NCBI GenBank assembly: GCA_049657775.1
Contig: JBASNZ010000085.1
Location: forward strand, 1 to 61,408
Length of the DNA: 61,408 nucleotides
Direction: 5' to 3'
Origin: Coriobacteriia bacterium
GTDB lineage: Bacteria; Actinomycetota; Coriobacteriia; Anaerosomatales; Anaerosomataceae
Position 1 is the stretch's first letter, and the number at the start of each line of letters is the position of its first letter. The position numbers were made by a program, and so were the translations under genes. Of the stretch, positions 26,758 through 37,362 are shown piece by piece. The notes beneath the pieces are model-generated. The model saw only the letters and a list, made by a program, of their open reading frames with translations. It made no database searches and was not told the DNA's origin.

Positions 26758-28041
26758 ATGCTCGACGCGCGCTTCGTCCGAGAGAACATCGACGTCGTCC
26801 GGCAGGCACTCGCGGACCGCCGCGCAACGTGGGACACAGAGCGGTTCCTGGCGCTTGATGAGGAGCGTCGTGCGCTTATCTCGCAGGTGGAGGGCCGTCA
26901 GGCCCGCCGCAACGACGCCTCCAAAGCGATCGGCGGCCTGATGAAGGCTGGCGACCACAGCTCAGCCGAGGCGCGCAAGGACGAGGTCCGCGTGATCAAC
27001 GAGGAGATCGCCAGCCTCGAGGAGCGCATGAACGCGGTCGATGCCGATGTGCGCGACATGCTGCTGACCATACCGAACATCCCGCACGAGAGCGTGCCCG
27101 TGGGTGCCGATGAGAGCGAGAACGTCGAGATCCGCCGTTGGGGATCGCCGCCGGCGTTCGACTTCGAGGCCAAAGCGCACTGGGATCTTGGCCCGGAGCT
27201 GGGAGTCATCGACTTCGATCGCGGGGTGAAGCTGGCGAAGAGCCGCTTCGTGGTCCTCGGCCGCCAGGGCGCCCGACTCAACCGCGCACTCATCAACTTC
27301 ATGCTCGATACGCATGCCTCGCGCGGCTATCGCGAGTGGTGGGTCCCCGCGCTTGCCAACGCCGAGACGCTCACGGGTACCGGCCAGCTGCCCAAGTTCG
27401 AAGACGACCTCTTCAAGACGGGAGAGGGACTGTATCTGATCCCCACGGCCGAGGTGCAGCTTACGAACCTGCATCGCGACGAGGTGCTCGAAGACAAGAC
27501 GCTGCCGCGGCAGTACTGCGCGTATACGCCGTGCTTCCGCGAGGAGGCCGGCAGTGCCGGGCGCGACACGCGAGGGATGATCCGCGTGCACCAGTTCGAC
27601 AAGGTGGAGCTGGTGAAATTCGCGCGGCCCGAGGAGTCGATGGACGCGCTCGAGGGCATGGTCGCCGACGCCGAGTACATCTTGCAGCAACTTGGACTGG
27701 CATTCCGCACGATCGTGCTCTGCACGGGCGACATGGGCTTTGGCGCGGCCAAGACGTACGACATCGAGGTTTGGCTGCCGAGCTACAACGACTACAAGGA
27801 GATCTCCAGCTGCAGCAACTGCTGGGACTTCCAGGCGCGGCGGGCGAGTATCAAGTACCGGTCGCAGGGCGGGTTCAAGGGCTCGCGCTTTGTGCATACG
27901 CTCAACGGCAGCGGCCTCGCTGTGGGCCGTACGCTCGTGGCTGTGCTGGAGAACTACCAGCGCGCCGATGGCAGCGTTGTGGTGCCCGAGGTGCTGCGGC
28001 CGTACCTGGGCGGTCAGGAGATCATCGGTCCCGAGAGCTAA
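26758..28041 (+). CDS. serS: seryl-tRNA synthetase
   Basis: Class II aaRS motifs, N-terminal coiled-coil, 427 aa; MLDARFVRENIDVV start. Confidence 0.9.
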   Translation: MLDARFVRENIDVVRQALADRRATWDTERFLALDEERRALISQVEGRQARRNDASKAIGGLMKAGDHSSAEARKDEVRVINEEIASLEERMNAVDADVRDMLLTIPNIPHESVPVGADESENVEIRRWGSPPAFDFEAKAHWDLGPELGVIDFDRGVKLAKSRFVVLGRQGARLNRALINFMLDTHASRGYREWWVPALANAETLTGTGQLPKFEDDLFKTGEGLYLIPTAEVQLTNLHRDEVLEDKTLPRQYCAYTPCFREEAGSAGRDTRGMIRVHQFDKVELVKFARPEESMDALEGMVADAEYILQQLGLAFRTIVLCTGDMGFGAAKTYDIEVWLPSYNDYKEISSCSNCWDFQARRASIKYRSQGGFKGSRFVHTLNGSGLAVGRTLVAVLENYQRADGSVVVPEVLRPYLGGQEIIGPES

Positions 28042-28256
28042 GGATTTGGACCGTGATTTCGGCCGGGGCGTTCGTGCTCGGTGATGACCGTAGCGACAAG
28101 GTCCCGGTCGAGGATCCGCACAGGGAAGGCCGCCACGGTGCAGCGCACCGGTACGCCGTCGATCCCCACGGGCTTGAGCTGCATGCCGCTCTGAGATGAC
28201 GCATGCTGCGCCCCGTTCCTGGTGGGGAAGAACCTAGATGTGAGTCCGTTGCAGCC

Positions 28257-30653
28257 ATGGAGGCCTCAGTGAGCGACCCGCAGTATCCGACGATCCTTAT
28301 CGTGTTCGGCGCGACCGGCGACCTTATGACCCGCAAGATCGTACCGTCGCTTGCATATCTACACGTAAAGGGCCGACTGCCCGAGCGGTTCCGCGTTATC
28401 GGTTTCTCGCGCCGCGATTGGGATGACGAGGCCATCAGGACGCACGTTGCCGGCATCCTGGATGCGTACAAGGGTCTTGCGCCGACGGGCGAGGCGCGCC
28501 AGGTGTTTCTTGAGATGTTCTCGTACCAGCGGGGCACCTTCGACGACCCCGATGCGTACGCCGCGCTCGCATCGGACATCTCTGTGATCGATGCCGAGTG
28601 GGGGCTGTGCTCGAGCCGGCTCTTCTATCTGGCGGTTCCTCCCGAGAACTACCGCGTCATCTTTGAGCGGCTGTCGGCAAGCGGGCTCTCGGCGGGCTGC
28701 AGTGACGACACGGGCTGGACACGCGTGCTCGTCGAGAAGCCGTTCGGTCGTGATGGCGCCACGGCACAGGAACTGGACGAACTCCTCGGCAGTCTCTTTG
28801 CCGAGGAACAGGTCTACAGGATCGATCACTACCTCGCGAAGGAGATGCTCCAGGGCATCCTGTCGTTCCGCTTCTCGAACACGCTGATGGAACCATCGTG
28901 GGATGCCGGGTCGATCGACAGGATCGACATCACGCTGCTGGAGTCGATCGGTGTCGAGAAGCGTGGAGCCTTCTACGACGGCGTCGGGGCGCTGCGTGAT
29001 GTGGGCCAGAACCACCTTTTGCAGATGCTCGCGCTCATCGCGATGGAGCGTCCCGAGAGTCTCTCGGCAGAGGCCATTCGCGCCGGCCGCGCCCGGTTCC
29101 TAGAGAGCCTGCGTTCGCCGTCGCGCGACCAGATCGCGACGCGGTCGTACCGCGCGCAGTACGCAGGATTCCGTGAGATTCCCGGTGTATCGCCTGACTC
29201 GGATACCGAGACGTACTTCATGCTGCGGTTCGTTCTCGACGGCGGTCGATGGGGCGGCGTGCCTGTGACCATGGACTCGGGGAAGCGGATGGGGGAGGCG
29301 CTCAAGCAGGTCTCGGTCATCTTCCGCGCTCCCGAGTCGTGTCTGTGCGATTCGGCTGGCTCCGGACCGTTCGAGAACCGCGTGACGTTCCAGCTGGAAC
29401 CGGAGGAATCCATCAAGATCCAGTTCTGGGCCAAGCGCCCCGGCTTTGAGCACGAACTCGAACTGCGGGAATTCACCTTCTTCCTCTACCAGAAGGAGGA
29501 GAAGGTCCAGTACGTGGAGGAGTACGCCAAGCTGCTGTTGGACGCGATATCCGGAGACCAGACGCTCTTTGTGGCAACCGATGAGGTCAAGGCGATGTGG
29601 GCGTTCATCGACCCGATCGTGCGAGCGTGGAACGACGGAGTCGTGCCGCTTGAGGTCTACGAGCCGGACTCCGCCGAGGTAGCCACGCGTGCATGCCAGG
29701 CGATCGAGCGTACGCCGGACAGCCCACGGACGATCGGCGTGGTCGGTCTGGGCAAGATGGGTGCCGCTTTGGCACGCAACCTCCTGGATCACCGCTGGCG
29801 CGTGGTGGGGTTCAACCGCACGCACAGTGTGGCTGAGGAGATGGCCGCCGAAGGCCTTGTGCCGGCGGATTCGCTGGCGCGGCTCGTGGCGCAGCTCGAC
29901 CCTCCGCGCACGGTGTGGCTGATGGTGCCGGCGGGCAAGCCAGTGGACGAGATGCTGTTTGGCGATGGTGGCCTGGGCGCGCTCCTCGAGCCCGGGGACA
30001 CCGTGATCGACGGCGGGAACTCGCTGTGGAGCGACACAGCCGCCAGGGCGACCCGACTCGCCGCTCTCGGCCTGCGCTTCTTAGACGTGGGGACCTCCGG
30101 TGGGCCGGGAGGGGCACGGCACGGTGCCTCGCTCATGATCGGAGGCGAGCGCGCGGACTTTGAGCGGATGGGGAATCTGTGGCGCGACGTGTCGGTGCGC
30201 GACGGCTATCGGTTCTTTGACGGGCACGGCGCCGGGCACTTCGTGAAGATGGTCCACAACGGTATCGAGTACGGCATGATGCAGGCCATCGCCGAGGGGT
30301 TCGCGGTGCTCAAGGCCTCGGAGTTTGGGATCGACCTGCACTCGGCCGCCGATATCTACAATCGCGGGAGCGTGATCGAATCCAGGCTCATCGGCTGGCT
30401 CTGCGAGGCGTTCACGGCGTTCGGACCCGAGTTGAGGGGTATCTCGGGTAGCGTGGCGCAGACCGGCGAAGGCGCGTGGACAGTGCGCACGGCGGGCGAT
30501 CTGGGTGTGGAGGTGCGCGTGATCGCCGACGCGCTGCAGTTCCGGCTGGACTCGCAGGCCGACCCCAGCTATACCGGCCAGGTACTCTCGGCGCTCCGGA
30601 ATCGCTTTGGCGGGCATGCGGCCGGCCCGGACGCCGCTTCCGCGGGCGCTTGA
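28257..30653 (+). CDS. zwf: glucose-6-phosphate 1-dehydrogenase fused in frame to a short-type 6-phosphogluconate dehydrogenase (alternative start 28203)
   Basis: IVFGATGDLMTRKIVPSL, EKPFGRD, RIDHYLAKE (G6PD signatures) followed without stop by TIGVVGLGKMGAALARNL Rossmann fold and a 6PGDH-like C-terminal ~300 aa. Confidence 0.75.
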   Translation: MEASVSDPQYPTILIVFGATGDLMTRKIVPSLAYLHVKGRLPERFRVIGFSRRDWDDEAIRTHVAGILDAYKGLAPTGEARQVFLEMFSYQRGTFDDPDAYAALASDISVIDAEWGLCSSRLFYLAVPPENYRVIFERLSASGLSAGCSDDTGWTRVLVEKPFGRDGATAQELDELLGSLFAEEQVYRIDHYLAKEMLQGILSFRFSNTLMEPSWDAGSIDRIDITLLESIGVEKRGAFYDGVGALRDVGQNHLLQMLALIAMERPESLSAEAIRAGRARFLESLRSPSRDQIATRSYRAQYAGFREIPGVSPDSDTETYFMLRFVLDGGRWGGVPVTMDSGKRMGEALKQVSVIFRAPESCLCDSAGSGPFENRVTFQLEPEESIKIQFWAKRPGFEHELELREFTFFLYQKEEKVQYVEEYAKLLLDAISGDQTLFVATDEVKAMWAFIDPIVRAWNDGVVPLEVYEPDSAEVATRACQAIERTPDSPRTIGVVGLGKMGAALARNLLDHRWRVVGFNRTHSVAEEMAAEGLVPADSLARLVAQLDPPRTVWLMVPAGKPVDEMLFGDGGLGALLEPGDTVIDGGNSLWSDTAARATRLAALGLRFLDVGTSGGPGGARHGASLMIGGERADFERMGNLWRDVSVRDGYRFFDGHGAGHFVKMVHNGIEYGMMQAIAEGFAVLKASEFGIDLHSAADIYNRGSVIESRLIGWLCEAFTAFGPELRGISGSVAQTGEGAWTVRTAGDLGVEVRVIADALQFRLDSQADPSYTGQVLSALRNRFGGHAAGPDAASAGA

Positions 30654-30686
30654 GAGACGGACAGACGACAGGTCCGGCGAGCGCGC

Positions 30687-32384
30687 CTACTTCTTGATCT
30701 GGGCGAAGTGCGCCTGGTAGCGACCTCCGTTGCCCGCCACCAGCGTCTTGTAGTCAGGGATCTCATACACCCGCAGCCGGTTGTCGAGGAAGTCGCTGAA
30801 GATAAGCAGCTTGCCGTCGTCACTCACGTCGAGCGCGGTGGGCTGGTTGCCGGCGATGAGCGCGTCCAGCGGTTTCCCGTTGGTGGTGTCGAACACCAGG
30901 ACCGAGCCCCACTCGGGACCGGGCAGGTAGTACGACTTTGCGTTGTTCTCGCCCCGGCAGCTCACGAAGAGGACCTTGCCGTCAGGCGAGAGGTCGATGG
31001 TGTTGGGCTTCTCGTCGACATCCACGAACCTGGTGGTCTTTCCGGTCTTCATGTCGTAGACCCAGATGAGATCCTTGGACATGTCCGAGATGAAGAGGCG
31101 ACCCGTCTTCTCATCGGCCACGAGGTGCCGAAGCGCACCGCCGCCGTCGAACGCGGTCGTCCGCGTGCCGGTTGCCAGGTCGATCTTGTCGAGTTCGCCT
31201 GAGTCGAAACCGCCCACGTAGAGCGTTGCGCCGTCGGCGGTGGCGTACATCCCGCGCGGTGTGTTGGAGACGCCGATGCGCTTTACGAGCTTGCCCGTGG
31301 TGAGGTCGATGATCGAAACGTCGTCGCCAGACCAGTTGCTCGCGTAGAGCGTCCTCTCATCGGGCGAGAGCTGCACCCACTTTGTCCAGGCACTCTTGGT
31401 GTCGAACTCGCGCACGACCGTGCGGGTCTTCACGTCGATCTCGAAGCACCTGGCGGTCTCCATCTGCGACGTGTACGCGAGCGTGCCCGCGCGGTTGAAG
31501 ATGACCTCCACCGCACCGTACTTGCCGATGTCGACTTCGCCGATCTTCTTGCCTGTGCGAGGGTTGAAGATCTCGATGGACGGCGGCCCGTTGAGGATGC
31601 TCGTCCACGCCTCGCTCCCGTCGTGGGTGACCGAGACGCCCTTTGGGGCACCGAGTGTGGTGATCGTCCCGATGCCGTGGAGCACCTGGCCCTCGGGGTC
31701 CAAGAAGTAGTCGAGCGTCATGGACTCGTCGAGCGAGATCTCCTTGGCGTACGAGTTATAGCCCGCGAGCGTGATGGTGAGCTTGACCTGACCTGAGGGC
31801 ACATCGGCCGAGAACGGCGCGACACCCGAGAAGACCTGGCCATCCGCGCGCTCGATGGTGCAGGTTGCGCCGTCGGGATGCGTCCTCACGCTCACGACCT
31901 GCGGCAGCGCCACAAGGTCGTACTCAACCTTCGTCGTCCGCCAGCGCTTGGCTTCGACCGTGGAGGTGACGGACTCGAAGCCCTTGCGGCTCACCGAGAC
32001 CGTGTAAGGCCCGGGCTTGAGTTCGCTGACTTCAAGCGTGCCCGATGCGGTCTGCGAGCCGTTGAAGATGATGGTCGCGTCCGCCGGAGTGACCGTGATC
32101 GCAACGGATGCGGGCCGAGTAAGTACCCACGCGGCGCCGCCCCCGACGAGCGCGAGGACCAACACCAACGCGAGACCAAGCCCCGGCCCCCCAAAGCGAC
32201 GGCGCGGTCGTCCGTGCAGGTACTGGTCGTGATGTCCGATGCTTCCCGAGAGGTGTGAGGGGCCCGACGACCGGGAGCTGCTGCGCGTGAGCGGCTGCGC
32301 GTGATCGATGAGTGGCAGCCGTCGTGTCTTGTGTCGCCGACCTCGCGCGTGCGAGCCGCTTCTGCGGTTCGAGTAGTCGGACAC
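30687..32384 (-). CDS. membrane-anchored PEGA-domain plus YVTN/YncE-type beta-propeller protein
   Basis: Arg-rich N-terminus then TM helix, PEGA-like VSVSRKGFESVTSTV, multiple LYASNWSGDDVSIIDLTTGK / LFVS YVTN-like repeats. Confidence 0.65.
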   Translation of the reverse strand: MSDYSNRRSGSHARGRRHKTRRLPLIDHAQPLTRSSSRSSGPSHLSGSIGHHDQYLHGRPRRRFGGPGLGLALVLVLALVGGGAAWVLTRPASVAITVTPADATIIFNGSQTASGTLEVSELKPGPYTVSVSRKGFESVTSTVEAKRWRTTKVEYDLVALPQVVSVRTHPDGATCTIERADGQVFSGVAPFSADVPSGQVKLTITLAGYNSYAKEISLDESMTLDYFLDPEGQVLHGIGTITTLGAPKGVSVTHDGSEAWTSILNGPPSIEIFNPRTGKKIGEVDIGKYGAVEVIFNRAGTLAYTSQMETARCFEIDVKTRTVVREFDTKSAWTKWVQLSPDERTLYASNWSGDDVSIIDLTTGKLVKRIGVSNTPRGMYATADGATLYVGGFDSGELDKIDLATGTRTTAFDGGGALRHLVADEKTGRLFISDMSKDLIWVYDMKTGKTTRFVDVDEKPNTIDLSPDGKVLFVSCRGENNAKSYYLPGPEWGSVLVFDTTNGKPLDALIAGNQPTALDVSDDGKLLIFSDFLDNRLRVYEIPDYKTLVAGNGGRYQAHFAQIKK

Positions 32385-32531
32385 GCTACCCCCGCCTCAT
32401 CCTGCCGGTCATGCCCCACCATGCCATCGGTGCCGCTCCCCGCATTGTACGTCGGCCGCGCAGGAGATTGTGAACGCGGCCGGTGCCGCGCGTGGAGCCG
32501 GTGACGACGACGACCTTGCCATCGAGGGCGG

Positions 32532-33014
32532 TCACGGGCGCTCCTCGAGCAGCGTTCGGGCGAGCGCTACGGCACCCTCGGGAGTCATCGCGTCGAGCAC
32601 GCGACCCGTTGTCCGGAACGCGGCGCCGGGGTCCCAGCCGAGAACGATCACGGGCTTGCTGGCCTTGAGCGCATGCGCGACCTCCGAGAGCGTACCCGGG
32701 CCGCCGGGCAGCGCGATCACGACGTCGCTCGATAGGATGTTGATGACGTTGCGCGCGTCGCCCATCCCCGTGCGGATGGCGATATCGACGGCTGGGCTGG
32801 CGCTCATGACGGTCTCGTCGGGGAGGACGCCCACAACGAGCCCGCCGGCTTCCGATGCGCCCCGCGAGCAGGCATCCATAACGCCTGTCGCGCGCCCGCC
32901 GGTGAGCAGCACCCATCCCTCCTCGGCCACGAGCCTGCCAAGAACGTACGCGTTCGCCTCGGCGGCCGCATCGAGCATACGGCCTGAGCCCATCACGCCG
33001 ACGATGGTGCGCAT
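32532..33014 (-). CDS. LOG/TIGR00725-family Rossmann protein
   Basis: MRTIVGVMGSG...VLLTGGRATGVMDA...IALPGGPGTLSE; GGGGGTGA ribosome-binding site before this ATG; the track ORF is an upstream extension. Confidence 0.7.
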   Translation of the reverse strand: MRTIVGVMGSGRMLDAAAEANAYVLGRLVAEEGWVLLTGGRATGVMDACSRGASEAGGLVVGVLPDETVMSASPAVDIAIRTGMGDARNVINILSSDVVIALPGGPGTLSEVAHALKASKPVIVLGWDPGAAFRTTGRVLDAMTPEGAVALARTLLEERP

Positions 33015-33166
33015 CACTTCACCCCCAGGCGATGGTAGCGCACGTGAGGCAGGAACGTCAGGAAGAGCATCGCAGGCCGTGCGGGCGCGCACGCGGCGGT
33101 GATGGCTGTCTGGGCCTGCTTGGCTTGGGGTAAACGGGAGGGATACCCGCACGGGCCTGGAATACC

Positions 33167-35752
33167 GTGGACGCGAGGACATCGGGGGAGAACGCATTGA
33201 GTGAACTGAAGGACATCGGTCTGGTCGGACTCACGTCCGCTGAGGCGCAGGCGCGCCTTGAGGCAGACGGACCCAACGAACTGCCGACGGCGAAGAAGCG
33301 CAACCTCCTGCAGCAGGCGCTTGACGTCATTCGGGAACCGATGCTGCTGCTGCTCCTGGGCGCGGGCACGGTCAACTTCCTGCTGGCCGAGCCGCTCGAC
33401 GGCATCATCCTCATGTCGTTCGTCGTGGTCGTGATCGGCATCGAGATCTACCAGGAACACAAGACCGAGAACGCACTGGATGCGCTGCGGGACCTTTCGT
33501 CACCGCGCGCGCTGGTGCTGCGCGACGGTCAGAGAGTCCGAATCGCCGGCCGAGACGTCGTCCGCGGCGACCACGTGCTGCTCGTGGAAGGAGATCGCGT
33601 CCCGGCCGATGGCGTCCTCGTTCAATGCGTGAACCTTTCCGTCGACGAGTCCACGCTTACCGGCGAGTCCGTACCCGTGCGCAAGAGCGAGTGCAACGCC
33701 CACGGCGCGGCCGAGCCGATGGGGCGCCCGGGTGGCGACGCAACGCCCTGGGTCTTCTCGGGGACGCTCGTCGTCAAGGGACAGGCCATCACGGTCGTGA
33801 AAGAGACGGGGCTGGGCACTGAGTTGGGCCGTATCGGCACGGCGCTCCGCACCATCGAGCCCGAGCGGACGGCGCTTCAGCGCGAAGTCGACAGACTCGT
33901 GCGCACCATCGCGCTACTGGGGCTGGGCGCCGCCGCCGTTGTCGTTGTCGTATACGGGCTGACGCGCGGGGACTGGCTCCAAGGGCTGCTCGCCGGCATC
34001 GGAACCGCGATGGCCATGCTTCCCGAGGAGTTCCCGGTCGTTCTCACCATCTTCCTCGCGCTCGGTGCGTGGCGTTTGTCCCAGAAGCACGTGCTCACGC
34101 GGCGAACACCGGTGTTGGAGACTCTGGGCTCCGCGACTGTGATCTGTGTGGACAAGACCGGCACGCTCACCATGAACCAGATGACCGTTCGCGAGCTGAT
34201 CGTGGATGGCGAGTCGTACGAGATGGGCACCGGCACTCTGCCGGAGCCATTCCATGAAATCGCCGAGTTCTCGGTCCTCGCCTCGCCGATCGACCCGTTC
34301 GACCCGATGGACACCGCCTTCAAGGTGCTGGGCGAACAGTACCTCGCCGACACCGAGCACCTCCATTCCGACTGGGAGCTCGTGCGCGAATACCCACTTT
34401 CGGAGCGCCTGCTGGCGCTCTCGCACGTGTGGCGCTCACCCGCAGGCGACCGGTATGTGATCGCTGCAAAGGGCGCACCGGAGGCGATCGCCGATCTGTG
34501 TCACTTCACTCCCGAACGGGTCGACGCCCTGATCGCGCAGGTCGAGGCGGCCACCGCCAACGGACAGCGCGTGTTGGGTGTTGCGCGAGCGCACTTCAGC
34601 CTTGCCGACGGGTTGCCCCCCGAGCAGCACGATTTCGACTTCGAGTTCCTGGGACTTGCCGGCCTTCACGATCCCGTGCGGCCAGGCGTGGCTGCGGCGG
34701 TCGCGGAGTGTGCACGTGCGGGCGTGCGCACGGTCATGATCACCGGAGACTACCCGGGCACCGCTCTCGCGATCGCTCGGGAGATCGGCCTCGAGCAGGC
34801 GGAAGGATGCATCACAGGTCCCGAGCTGGAGTCGATGTCCGATGAGGAACTGACGCGAAGGATCGGGTCGGTGAGCGTCTTCGCACGCATGGTCCCCGAG
34901 CAGAAGCTGCAGCTGATCCGCGCTCTCAAGGCCAACGGCGAGGTCGTTGGGATGACGGGAGATGGCGTCAACGATGCGCCAGCGCTGAGAGCCGCCGATA
35001 TCGGTATCGCGATGGGCGCCCGCGGCACGGACGTGGCGCGTGAATCCGCCGCGATCGTCATCACCGACGACGACTTCTCTTCGATCGTGGGAGGGGTGCG
35101 GCAGGGGCGAGGCATCTTCGACAACCTCCGCAAGGCGATGTCCTACATCATCGCCGTGCACGTGCCGATCGCGGGCATGTCCCTCATCCCCGTGTTCGTG
35201 AAGGATTGGCCGCTTGTACTGCTGCCGGTGCAGATCGCGTTTCTGGAACTCATCATCGATCCCGCGTGTTCGGTCGTCTTCGAAGCGGAGCCGGTGGACC
35301 CCAACATCATGGACGTGCCCCCACGAGGTCTGAGCGAGCCGATGTTTGGTCGGCGTGTGCTGGTGATCGCGTTCCTCCAGGGCGCCTCGGTGTTGATCGC
35401 GGTGTTCGCCATGTACCTGTGGAGTATTCTGACGCACCACCCCGACGACGTGGTGCGCTCTCTCACGTTCGCGACACTGGTCACCGGCAACCTGGCACTC
35501 ATCCTGGTCAATCGGTCCTGGCGGCTGTCCATCTGGCGGTCGTTCGCCGAGCGCAAGAACCACATGCTCTACTGGATCCTCGGGGTTGCGAGCGCGCTGC
35601 TTGTCGTACTGCTCGCCGTTCCGGGTATCCGTCAGGCGTTCCACTTTGGGCCGATATCGTGGGCCGAGGGACTACTGGCCCTTGTCGCGGGGTTCCTGGG
35701 CGTTGCCTGGTTCGAGGTGTATAAGTCAGTCAGAGCCGCAACACGACGTTGA
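33167..35752 (+). CDS. P-type ATPase, type IIA-like (Ca2+/cation-transporting)
   Basis: DKTGTLT, TGDYPGTALAIA, GDGVNDAPAL, 10 TM topology; 861 aa. Confidence 0.85.
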   Translation: MDARTSGENALSELKDIGLVGLTSAEAQARLEADGPNELPTAKKRNLLQQALDVIREPMLLLLLGAGTVNFLLAEPLDGIILMSFVVVVIGIEIYQEHKTENALDALRDLSSPRALVLRDGQRVRIAGRDVVRGDHVLLVEGDRVPADGVLVQCVNLSVDESTLTGESVPVRKSECNAHGAAEPMGRPGGDATPWVFSGTLVVKGQAITVVKETGLGTELGRIGTALRTIEPERTALQREVDRLVRTIALLGLGAAAVVVVVYGLTRGDWLQGLLAGIGTAMAMLPEEFPVVLTIFLALGAWRLSQKHVLTRRTPVLETLGSATVICVDKTGTLTMNQMTVRELIVDGESYEMGTGTLPEPFHEIAEFSVLASPIDPFDPMDTAFKVLGEQYLADTEHLHSDWELVREYPLSERLLALSHVWRSPAGDRYVIAAKGAPEAIADLCHFTPERVDALIAQVEAATANGQRVLGVARAHFSLADGLPPEQHDFDFEFLGLAGLHDPVRPGVAAAVAECARAGVRTVMITGDYPGTALAIAREIGLEQAEGCITGPELESMSDEELTRRIGSVSVFARMVPEQKLQLIRALKANGEVVGMTGDGVNDAPALRAADIGIAMGARGTDVARESAAIVITDDDFSSIVGGVRQGRGIFDNLRKAMSYIIAVHVPIAGMSLIPVFVKDWPLVLLPVQIAFLELIIDPACSVVFEAEPVDPNIMDVPPRGLSEPMFGRRVLVIAFLQGASVLIAVFAMYLWSILTHHPDDVVRSLTFATLVTGNLALILVNRSWRLSIWRSFAERKNHMLYWILGVASALLVVLLAVPGIRQAFHFGPISWAEGLLALVAGFLGVAWFEVYKSVRAATRR

Positions 35753-35798
35753 CGCACGAACGATCCATCCCCCGGAACAGGAAGCACATAGGTGCCTC

Positions 35799-36392
35799 AT
35801 GCCCCAAGTTGACGAACTGATCGCACGCCTCGCGCAGCTTGAAGCCGATACGCGGATGGAGTTTGACAAGAAGCGAGACGACTTCCGATTTGTTATCGAC
35901 CAGCGGCGGATCGCGCTGGCCCAGGACATCATGGCGCTGCGGCGAGGGCCAAAGCGCAATCTGCTGACCTACATCGCCCGCGCGCAGCCGCTGTCGTGGC
36001 TTGCGGTCCCGGTGATATGGCTGGGCATCGTCCCATTCCTGGTTCTCGACCTGTTCTTGCTGATCTTCCAGGCCATCTGCTTTCCGGCCTATGGAATCCC
36101 CAAGGTCAAGCGTTCCGAGTACGTCCTCCTCGATCGTGGCGACCTTCCGTATCTCAACGTGATCGAGCGGATCAACTGCGCCTACTGCGGGTACGCGAAC
36201 GGCCTGGCGGGCTACCTCATGGAGATCGCGGCCCGGACGGAGCAGTACTGGTGTCCCATCAAACACGCCAGGCGCCTGGCGGCGGAGCACCCGTACTACC
36301 CCAACTTCTTTGAATACGGGGATGCCGAGAGCTACCGGCTTGGCTTGGAGCGCTTGCGAAGTGCTCTAGCCGAGACGGCCGAGGACGAGTAG
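35799..36392 (+). CDS. conserved-Cys membrane protein of unknown function, 46 nt downstream of the P-type ATPase
   Basis: Coiled N-terminus, two TM helices, then INCAYCGYANGLAGYLMEIAARTEQYWCPIKH. Confidence 0.4.
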   Translation: MPQVDELIARLAQLEADTRMEFDKKRDDFRFVIDQRRIALAQDIMALRRGPKRNLLTYIARAQPLSWLAVPVIWLGIVPFLVLDLFLLIFQAICFPAYGIPKVKRSEYVLLDRGDLPYLNVIERINCAYCGYANGLAGYLMEIAARTEQYWCPIKHARRLAAEHPYYPNFFEYGDAESYRLGLERLRSALAETAEDE

Positions 36393-36459
36393 CCGGACGC
36401 AATCAGGGAGCCCGAGAGGCTCCCTAATCATCGCCGTATACCGCCGTGCGGCATCCGAC

Positions 36460-37191
36460 CTACTTGAGCTCGAACACGACCGTCACGTTCGCGGTGATGT
36501 CGAGCGTGCCGGGCTCGATCTTGGGAGCTGCGGCGGCATCAGCCGCGCCCAGCGCTCGCTCTCCGTAGATGACAGGAACGCTCACGCCGGCCTCACTCAT
36601 GCTGATGACCTCACCGAGCGACTTGCCGGCTGCTTTAGCCATGACCCCGGCACGCTTGTGCGCATCGGCGACGGCCTGCTCGATAGCCTGGGCGCGAGCG
36701 TCGGAGTCGCGCGAGAGCGTGAAGCTGGGGCCACCGATGTCGGTTGCGCCCGCAGCGCTAGCGGCGTTGATGATGTCGCCGACCGCCGCTATGTCTTTGA
36801 TGGTCACGCGGATCTGAATGCTTGCCTGGTAGCCGGTGATAGTCGGAGCCTTACCTTCGCGGTAGTCCTGCTGGGGGTAGAGGCTTACGCCCGCGGTCTG
36901 CAGGTCCTTCGCATCGATCCCCGCCTTCTTGAGCGCGGCGACGATCGCGTCGCTCGCCTTACTCGCCGCAGCAAGCGTCTTCTTGGCGTCGGTGCCGGTG
37001 ACGGTGGCGCCGAAGGTCATCTCGGCCTGATCCGGTGTGGCCGCGGTCTTGCCCTCACCCTGTGCGGTAACGGTGTTGATGACGCCCGACGGCGATGTGA
37101 CCACTTTGGTCTGGCATCCCACGAGCGCGATCAGTGCCAGAACGAGCACGATTCCGATGAGAATGCGCGTGCGCATGGTAATCTCCTCCAA
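36460..37191 (-). CDS. SIMPL-domain (DUF541) lipoprotein
   Basis: Lipobox LVLALIALVGC; SIMPL-like YQASIQIRVTIKD...GPSFTLSRDSDARAQAIEQAVADAHKRA. Confidence 0.7.
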   Translation of the reverse strand: MEEITMRTRILIGIVLVLALIALVGCQTKVVTSPSGVINTVTAQGEGKTAATPDQAEMTFGATVTGTDAKKTLAAASKASDAIVAALKKAGIDAKDLQTAGVSLYPQQDYREGKAPTITGYQASIQIRVTIKDIAAVGDIINAASAAGATDIGGPSFTLSRDSDARAQAIEQAVADAHKRAGVMAKAAGKSLGEVISMSEAGVSVPVIYGERALGAADAAAAPKIEPGTLDITANVTVVFELK

Positions 37192-37285
37192 CTGTGATCA
37201 GGACACCGATAAGACGGAGGGCGGCGGGCAAGAGTTCCCGGCCAACGAAAGACCCCGCACATCGGCGGGGTCTCCTTGGATTCTG

Positions 37286-37362
37286 TGGCGCGGCTTGAGG
37301 GATTCGAACCCCCGACCTTGTGATTCGTAGTCACACGCTCTATCCGGCTGAGCTAAAGCCGC
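37286..37362 (-). tRNA. tRNA-Arg (anticodon ACG)
   Basis: Hand fold GCGGCTT-TA-GCTC...; anticodon loop CTACGAA; TTCGAAT T-loop; CCA encoded. Confidence 0.8.
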
